A DNA stretch of 64,000 nt from an uncultured Actinomycetes bacterium (GTDB lineage Bacteria; SZUA-79; Acidulodesulfobacterales; Acidulodesulfobacteraceae), in assembly GCA_964631685.1 (NCBI GenBank), contig CAZVZU010000001.1, positions 32,001 through 96,000 of the forward strand, written 5' to 3'. A program made the translations under genes and the position numbers. This document shows, one piece after another, positions 58,047-64,000 of this stretch. The notes beneath the pieces were generated by a model. That model was given only the letters and a program-made list of their open reading frames with translations, did not search any database and was not told the origin of the DNA. The stretch's first letter is position 1; each line of letters begins with the position of its first letter.

Positions 58047-59223
58047 AAGATATGAAGTTTTAGATATTCAGGATGCAATAGACCTTATAAAAAAGGATCT
58101 TGGTGAGGATGCCGTAATTATTTCAACAAGGCAGGTTAATAACTCCAACGATCTGGGTTTTTTTGGAAAACCGTTTTTAGAAGTGATTGCCGCGGTAGAT
58201 TACAAGGAGGAAGATTTAAAGCCTTCGATCGGAAATGATAATTTCAATCAAAATCTTTTAAGACCTCTGTATGATGATGTAAGGTTTTTAAAAGACAATT
58301 TTGAAAGTATTGTTGAGGACAAGGTCGTATTTGTCGTAAATGAAAAATTTGAGGATATCCAAAAAAGCTTGGATGAGATTAAATTTAATTTAAATCTATT
58401 GAAAGATGAAAAAACAAAGGTTAGGGAGAAAGAAAACGACTTACTTACATATTTAGACGGTCTTTCTTTTAGTAGAAAAATATCAACTAAATTAATAGAA
58501 GTGTTTTTTAAGGATATTAAATTAATTAATTTTAAATCGGAAGAAAAAATTGACTACTTTAAGAAATTCTTTAAAAAAATAATAGAGAAAAAGATAGAAA
58601 GAAAGAAATTATACCCAGTAATGGATAATAAAATCATTATCGCACTTGTTGGAAACAGCGGTGTCGGAAAGACTGTAACGGCCGCAAAGTTGTGTTCTAA
58701 ACTTATATTTGAAAAAAATATGCATTTATCAGTATGTTCTATTGACTCTATTAAAATAGGCGGCTATGAAACACTAAAAAATTATGCAAAAAAACTTAAA
58801 ATAGATTTTGCCGCGTTAAAAAATCCGGAAGAATTAAAGGCATTTGTTTCCAATTCTACATCAGATGTAATAATAATAGACACATTTGCCGTTAACCATA
58901 ATTCCTTATATCAGCTAAATAATCTATCAAGGTTTCTGCGTGTATTTGGCGGAAAGATAAGAGTTGAAATTCTTTTACAGGCTCAACTGAAAAACATAGA
59001 TGCCGTAAGAACTTATGAGTCGTTTAGAAATAAGGTTGGGGTCAATTCCATTATTATAACAAAAACAGACGAATCTCATTGTCTGGGTAATCTGGCGGAA
59101 ATATTCTTACTTACGGATTCGACGGTTGATTTTATCACAAAAGGAGAAAATGTTCCGGAAGATATTGATGATGCTTCAGTGCAAAATATTTATTCTTTAT
59201 TCTTTTCTTCGCCTGAGTACTAG
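58036..59223 (+). CDS. flhF: Flagellar SRP-like GTPase FlhF (degenerate motifs)
   Basis: N-terminal IKKDLGEDAVIISTR, GNSGVGKT, TKTDE, GENVPEDI; between flhA and flhG. Confidence 0.88.
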   Translation: MQIKRYEVLDIQDAIDLIKKDLGEDAVIISTRQVNNSNDLGFFGKPFLEVIAAVDYKEEDLKPSIGNDNFNQNLLRPLYDDVRFLKDNFESIVEDKVVFVVNEKFEDIQKSLDEIKFNLNLLKDEKTKVREKENDLLTYLDGLSFSRKISTKLIEVFFKDIKLINFKSEEKIDYFKKFFKKIIEKKIERKKLYPVMDNKIIIALVGNSGVGKTVTAAKLCSKLIFEKNMHLSVCSIDSIKIGGYETLKNYAKKLKIDFAALKNPEELKAFVSNSTSDVIIIDTFAVNHNSLYQLNNLSRFLRVFGGKIRVEILLQAQLKNIDAVRTYESFRNKVGVNSIIITKTDESHCLGNLAEIFLLTDSTVDFITKGENVPEDIDDASVQNIYSLFFSSPEY

Positions 59224-59269
59224 ATAAATATAAATTTAAAAAATTAAATAATTTAAACGATAAAGGATT

Positions 59270-60118
59270 ATGAAAAAACAAAAAAATCAAGGCAGTTATA
59301 CAAAGATAATATCTGTGACTAGTGGGAAGGGAGGGGTTGGCAAGACCAATATAGTTTGCAATTTGGCATATTGCTTTGCCTCTATGGGCAAAAAAGTAAT
59401 GATAATGGATGCAGACCTAAGTCTTGGAAATGTCTCTGTAGTACTTGGAATTGTTCCTAAATATAATATTTCACAAGTAATTTATGGTGATAAACAGCTT
59501 AAAGATATTATAATATCCGATTCTAACGATATTATGGTTCTCCCTGCTTCATCAGGTGTTCCTGAATTGTCAAATCTTTCAGAGTCCCAGAAAATTGCTT
59601 TGATGTCTAGGTTTGATGAATTTGCGGGGGACATAGAAGCTTTTGGTGAGCCTATAGATATCCTTTTAATAGACACTGGTGCAGGAATTTCTTCAAATGT
59701 TTTATATTTCAATCTCGCTGCAAGCGAAATATATGTTGTAGTAACCCCCGAGCCCACATCTATCACAGACGCTTACGCATTGATAAAGGTTTTAAGCGTA
59801 AAATATGGTGAAAAATATTTTTCCATTATAGTTAATAATGTTAAAACTAGCAAGGAAGCTAAGGATGTCTATAGGCACTTAAGCCTTGTTTCTGATAAAT
59901 TTCTTAAGGTAAGCTTAAATTACTTGGGGTATGTTTTAAATGATGATAATATGCCGCGCTCGGTTGTTATGCAAAAACCGGTTTTAAGTCTTTTCCCTAA
60001 TTCTAAAGCATCCGAGTGTATCAAGAAATTGGCTTATAGCATTCTGTCTCAGAAAGACAATAAGATATCGAATGGCAATATTCAATTTTTTCTAAATAAA
60101 CTTCTAAGGGCATTTTAA
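59270..60118 (+). CDS. flhG: MinD-like flagellar number regulator FlhG/FleN
   Basis: SGKGGVGKT, DADL.LGN, IDTGAGI, TPEPTSITDAYALIK. Confidence 0.94.
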   Translation: MKKQKNQGSYTKIISVTSGKGGVGKTNIVCNLAYCFASMGKKVMIMDADLSLGNVSVVLGIVPKYNISQVIYGDKQLKDIIISDSNDIMVLPASSGVPELSNLSESQKIALMSRFDEFAGDIEAFGEPIDILLIDTGAGISSNVLYFNLAASEIYVVVTPEPTSITDAYALIKVLSVKYGEKYFSIIVNNVKTSKEAKDVYRHLSLVSDKFLKVSLNYLGYVLNDDNMPRSVVMQKPVLSLFPNSKASECIKKLAYSILSQKDNKISNGNIQFFLNKLLRAF

Positions 60119-60128
60119 TCTTTAATTA

Positions 60129-60854
60129 TTGTTGTACATGAAAGAGATAAATATAAAATCTAAAAGATTGATCGAAGAAAATTATAATCTCGTGAACACT
60201 GTTGCTAATTTTATGATGGTGAGATTTAATGGTATCGTAAATAGGGATGACCTTGTGGAATTTGGAATAGGAGGGCTAATAGATGCAGCCATTAAATTTG
60301 ATCCTTTAAAAAATGACAACTTCAAGGTCTATGCTATAACAAGGATAAAAGGTTCTATTTTAGACGGTATGAGAAAACTTGATTTTATGTCAAGGAACAT
60401 TAGGGGATTGTCGGGAAAAATAGAAAAGACATACTTTAAGCTGGAACAAAAATTAGGAAGAATGCCTAATGATGATGAGGTTGCCCTAGAGTTCGGAGTC
60501 GGCATTGAAGAATTCAGGGGGATGCTTTATAAGATAAGAGGCGCAACCTTCTTATCAGATAAAAATTTTGTTGGCCTCAATAAGAAACGAATTGAATCGT
60601 TAGACTCTATGGAAAGCAATGATCCTCAAGTCATAGACGATCTCTTGGTGAACGAGAGAAGAAATATTTTAAAAACGTATATTGATGCACTTGGTGAGGT
60701 TGAAAAAAATGTACTGATGATGTATTATTACGATGAATTAACCTTAAAAGAAATAGGCAGCATGTTGAATTTAACCGAATCCAGAATTTGCCAGATTCAC
60801 TCTAAGGCAATTATAAAATTGAAGGTAAAGTTAAAATCGTATGAACAAGTCTGA
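60129..60854 (+). CDS. fliA: Flagellar sigma factor sigma28
   Basis: DDLVEFG..GLIDA..KFDP, RIKGSILD..R..D, YYYDELTLKEIG..L.LTESRICQIH; start may be ATG 60138. Confidence 0.93.
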   Translation: MLYMKEINIKSKRLIEENYNLVNTVANFMMVRFNGIVNRDDLVEFGIGGLIDAAIKFDPLKNDNFKVYAITRIKGSILDGMRKLDFMSRNIRGLSGKIEKTYFKLEQKLGRMPNDDEVALEFGVGIEEFRGMLYKIRGATFLSDKNFVGLNKKRIESLDSMESNDPQVIDDLLVNERRNILKTYIDALGEVEKNVLMMYYYDELTLKEIGSMLNLTESRICQIHSKAIIKLKVKLKSYEQV

Positions 60855-62742
60855 TAGACAAAATGATTCGCTTATTTCGGATAATATTGATAATAAGCCC
60901 ATAAAAAAACTCTTAGGAGTGTTTATTTCAAGCGAGTGTAGCGTTAAAGCAAAGGCAGAAGCATTTGATGCTTTAAAACAGATTGCGCTGAAAAATGGAA
61001 ACTTTTTAGCTGATTATGCCGATAAAAATACGGGTAAATATGACAGGATCATTTCAGAGCTAATGAGATATGGAAAATTTATCCCTAAAAATTATCCAAA
61101 AAAGGTTTTGGTCAGGCTTTCTAAAAGCGAGGATGAAATAACTAGGGCTAACGCAATCGAATCAATAGGGTTATTAAGATTTAGATTTAAAAATGTACTA
61201 ATAAATGCGTTGGGAGATACCTTTTTTGTATCGTCGGCAGCAATTTTTTCTATAGGAGAAATAAAACTAAAAAGTGCGTTTCCAAAGTTAAAAGAATTAT
61301 TTATTCAATCTGACGATGTGGTTGTTAAAAATACTATTATAGAATCTTTAGCTAAGATCGGGGGAAGTGAAGTATCTGATTTTTTACTGTCCCTTTTAGA
61401 CGAAAAAAGCAAACATGACAGATATTTGGCTGATAAGATTTACATATTGAAAAGTTTGTACAAAATTTCTGCGCATAATGACTGCAAAAAAAATAGACAA
61501 TTACATTGTGAATCTCTATTCAAAAAAATTCCTGATTTAGATCTCGGGATTTCTATATTTTCTATAGAGGAATACGAAGAAAAAGTAGTGGTAGACTCCA
61601 TTCTTTGCTATTTTTCCCATTTAAATTACGGTAAGTCTAAAAAAATATTTATATTTTTGTTTAATTATTATCTCAAGAGCGAAAATATAGATGAATTTGA
61701 ATATGCATACATAAAAAATATTTTAAAAAAAGTTACAAGACCTGAGTACATAGTGAATTACATAGAATCACTAAAAATATCGTCGGATTTGAATAATAAA
61801 TGCGATTTGCTTATAGATGTTCTATCCGATATCTCTCCTAATGACATAACAAACCTTTTGTATTTTTTTAGGGGTAAAAGATTATTTTTTGATATCAAGA
61901 TATCTCTTTTGACTTATGCCCGTTCCGCCCGTCTTATATTTTCTGATAAACAATTTAATTACAGAACGTATTTTAACGATATTATAATTTACTACTTGAA
62001 TGATAGAAATGGCAATGTTAGGAAAGCGGCGGTTAATTTATCCGCACGCTCAAAAAGTGGTGTATATATAAACATACTTTTTACTTTTCTGCTTAAAGAA
62101 AACCTACCAGATGTGATTAACTCATTTATAGATGTTATATCCAGTCTTTTAAGTCTTAAGAAAAATAAGAAATATTTTTATTTTTTTCTAAACAACCTAT
62201 CTTCAAAAGACGGCAGAATAATAAGATATTCCTTGAAAGTGCTTGGAGGATCAAGGTTATCCGTGACGGACGATGAAATTGCCGGGTTATATGTAAAATT
62301 TACCAACCTTAAAGATAATAGATCGGTTTCCTTAAAAAGATTATTGGCAAAAATTTTAAGAAAATATGATCTAATTAAACATAAGGATGCTATGTCTTTT
62401 TTACTTAAGGAAAGGGACGAGGATGTTCAATTTAATTATCTGGAGTCTCTTTTTATGTCAGGCGAAAAGGATTTAAATCTTTATCTGGATATTCTAGGTT
62501 CTAATGGTTTTTCCGATAAATTTAGATATAACATGGTTAAGTTAATCGAGATGTCGGATGATTCAAGGGGTTTTGATAGCCTCGTTCTCATGCTTGATAA
62601 AGAAAAAAGTAAAATGGTAAAAATATCCATATTAAGGGCGCTTAATAATATTGATAAAAAAAAAGCTTTCTATATAATAAAAAAATATAATTTGTCTAAA
62701 GATAAAGATTTAAGAGATTATTCCTTAGAATTAACCAAATAA
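60841..62742 (+). CDS. HEAT-repeat protein
   Basis: Repeats such as DEITRANAIESIG, DDVVVKNTIIESLAKIG, DRNGNVRKAAV, EKSKMVKISILRAL; upstream of cheR. Confidence 0.75.
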   Translation: MNKSDRQNDSLISDNIDNKPIKKLLGVFISSECSVKAKAEAFDALKQIALKNGNFLADYADKNTGKYDRIISELMRYGKFIPKNYPKKVLVRLSKSEDEITRANAIESIGLLRFRFKNVLINALGDTFFVSSAAIFSIGEIKLKSAFPKLKELFIQSDDVVVKNTIIESLAKIGGSEVSDFLLSLLDEKSKHDRYLADKIYILKSLYKISAHNDCKKNRQLHCESLFKKIPDLDLGISIFSIEEYEEKVVVDSILCYFSHLNYGKSKKIFIFLFNYYLKSENIDEFEYAYIKNILKKVTRPEYIVNYIESLKISSDLNNKCDLLIDVLSDISPNDITNLLYFFRGKRLFFDIKISLLTYARSARLIFSDKQFNYRTYFNDIIIYYLNDRNGNVRKAAVNLSARSKSGVYINILFTFLLKENLPDVINSFIDVISSLLSLKKNKKYFYFFLNNLSSKDGRIIRYSLKVLGGSRLSVTDDEIAGLYVKFTNLKDNRSVSLKRLLAKILRKYDLIKHKDAMSFLLKERDEDVQFNYLESLFMSGEKDLNLYLDILGSNGFSDKFRYNMVKLIEMSDDSRGFDSLVLMLDKEKSKMVKISILRALNNIDKKKAFYIIKKYNLSKDKDLRDYSLELTK

Positions 62743-62779
62743 TACAATACAAGACATTTAAAACAAATAAACAGACTAG

Positions 62780-63637
62780 ATGGAATATTCAAATATCAAT
62801 TTATCCGATGAAGTGTTTAATAAGTTAAAGGACTTAATTTATGATATTTCAGGCATATATTTTGGAGAACAAAAAAAATATTTAGTCGAAGCGAGGCTTT
62901 CAAGAAGAATTTCCCTATTAAATTTATCTACATTTGAGGATTATTATAATTATTTGAGGTATTCATCTGGGAAACAAGAGGAAATAAAGGAGCTTTTAAA
63001 CAGTATAACGACAAATGAAACTAGTTTTTTTAGAGATTTGCCGCAACTTAATGTTTTCATGGATGTTTTGAAACGGGTCGTCTCGGATATTCCGGCCGGC
63101 CAAAATAGAAGGGTTAGGATCTGGAGTGCGGGGTGTTCTACGGGCGAGGAACCATACACTATGGCTATAATGATAAAAGAAGCACAGCGGAGTTCAAAAT
63201 CCCCCTTTTTAAATATAAAGTTTGATATAATGGGTTCAGATATTAGCGAAAAGGTTTTGCATTCGGCAAAAAGAGGTATATATAATGCCTATACCCTGCG
63301 TAATGCCGGTCAGGATATCGTAGGCAGATACTTTACTCAGATAGATGATGATGTCTTTAGTCTTAATAGTGCAATTAAAAGTATGACTAGTTTTTTAAAC
63401 GTTAACCTTATAAGTACAAAAGAGGTAAAGAATCTGAATATTTTTGATGTTGTCGTCTGTAGGAATGTTATAATCTACTTTGATGATGAGTCGAAAAAAA
63501 AGGTCGTTTCCAACATATATGGAAGTTTAAAAATAGGTGGATATCTTTTTTTGGGACACTCTGAGTCGTTACATTTTGTTTCGACGCCATTAAAGTTGGT
63601 TGGTTTTGGAAAGACACCTCTATATAGGAAGGAATAA
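62780..63637 (+). CDS. cheR: Chemotaxis protein-glutamate methyltransferase
   Basis: TTNETSFFRD, IWSAGCSTGEEPYT, CRNVIIYFD, GYLFLGHSESL. Confidence 0.96.
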   Translation: MEYSNINLSDEVFNKLKDLIYDISGIYFGEQKKYLVEARLSRRISLLNLSTFEDYYNYLRYSSGKQEEIKELLNSITTNETSFFRDLPQLNVFMDVLKRVVSDIPAGQNRRVRIWSAGCSTGEEPYTMAIMIKEAQRSSKSPFLNIKFDIMGSDISEKVLHSAKRGIYNAYTLRNAGQDIVGRYFTQIDDDVFSLNSAIKSMTSFLNVNLISTKEVKNLNIFDVVVCRNVIIYFDDESKKKVVSNIYGSLKIGGYLFLGHSESLHFVSTPLKLVGFGKTPLYRKE

Positions 63638-64000
63638 ATGGAGCATAGATCCAGTGAAGCAGGGTGGCGTTTATCGCAATCCCAAGGGTATACCGTGTTA
63701 ATTGCAGATGACTCTGCATTTGTTGTTGAGTTTTTATCAATTTTCTTTCAAAATGCTGGTTTTAAAGTGAAAACTGCTTACGATGGTTATGAGGCACTCG
63801 AAAAGGTTATAAAAGACGATATAGACCTAATTGTTACGGATATAAATTTACCAGAAATGGATGGGGTTACGCTATTGAACAGTGTTAAAAATAATCAAAC
63901 TACCAAAGATATACCCGTTATTCTTATATCTTCCAGTATTTCGAATGAAGCCGAATCGTCTAGGGCTTATGCTTTTTTACAAAAACCGTTTAGTGAAGAA
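63638..64000 (+). CDS. Response regulator receiver-domain protein (3'-truncated by window edge; absent from ORF track)
   Basis: ATG directly after cheR stop; hand translation ...VLIADDSAFV...AYDGYEALE...LIVTDINLPEMDG...IPVILISS...FLQKPF; open to the window end. Confidence 0.9.
   Translation, partial: MEHRSSEAGWRLSQSQGYTVLIADDSAFVVEFLSIFFQNAGFKVKTAYDGYEALEKVIKDDIDLIVTDINLPEMDGVTLLNSVKNNQTTKDIPVILISSSISNEAESSRAYAFLQKPFSEE

Noticed and set aside
1935..63740. Many short antisense or alternate-frame ORFs in the track (e.g. 1935-2183, 23397-23792, 25960-26373, 32081-32509, 49003-49386, 63468-63740)
   Set aside because: They overlap well-supported genes, have no recognisable motifs, and show the Phe/Leu/Ser-rich composition expected of reverse-complement shadows
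1..64000. tRNA, rRNA and CRISPR arrays
   Set aside because: Intergenic gaps are short and AT-rich; no cloverleaf, rRNA-like tract or regularly spaced repeat was seen by eye (no covariance search run)

Overview
AT-rich, gene-dense bacterial chromosomal segment. Gene content and order (gatCAB-mtnA, DUF370-gmk-rpoZ-rel, LPS heptose genes, a sigma54-controlled polar flagellar cluster with HEAT-repeat protein and CheR) suggest a Gram-negative deltaproteobacterium-like organism, possibly an acidophile; this is inference, not a database result. 1-22.4 kb: housekeeping (glmS, pcrA/uvrD, gatCAB, mtnA, ilvE), LPS core glycosyltransferases, rfaE1, remA-gmk-rpoZ-rel, a DUF2249-RIC fusion with a Crp/Fnr-type box, hemB and an aldehyde dehydrogenase. 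22.4-24.7 kb: an unexplained two-gene minus-strand unit, an HNH-motif protein followed by a TPR-ending protein (candidate toxin-immunity or defence pair). 24.9-33 kb: cysS, Trm112-like, a very divergent waaA, a membrane-anchored PHP hydrolase, bioA, dedA and an orphan VirD4/TraG-type coupling protein with no other type IV secretion or relaxase gene in the window. 33-64 kb: a rearranged flagellar cluster (FleQ-like and FleS/FleR-like regulators, flgBC-fliEFGH on the minus strand; flgDE-fliK-fliJ-motE-like-fliLMNOPQR-flhBAFG-fliA on the plus strand) that lacks fliI, has three clear sigma54 promoters and an FlhF with degenerate GTPase motifs, then HEAT-cheR-receiver. I saw no tRNA, rRNA, CRISPR array, transposase or integrase. 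All calls come from motif recognition by eye; no searches were run.
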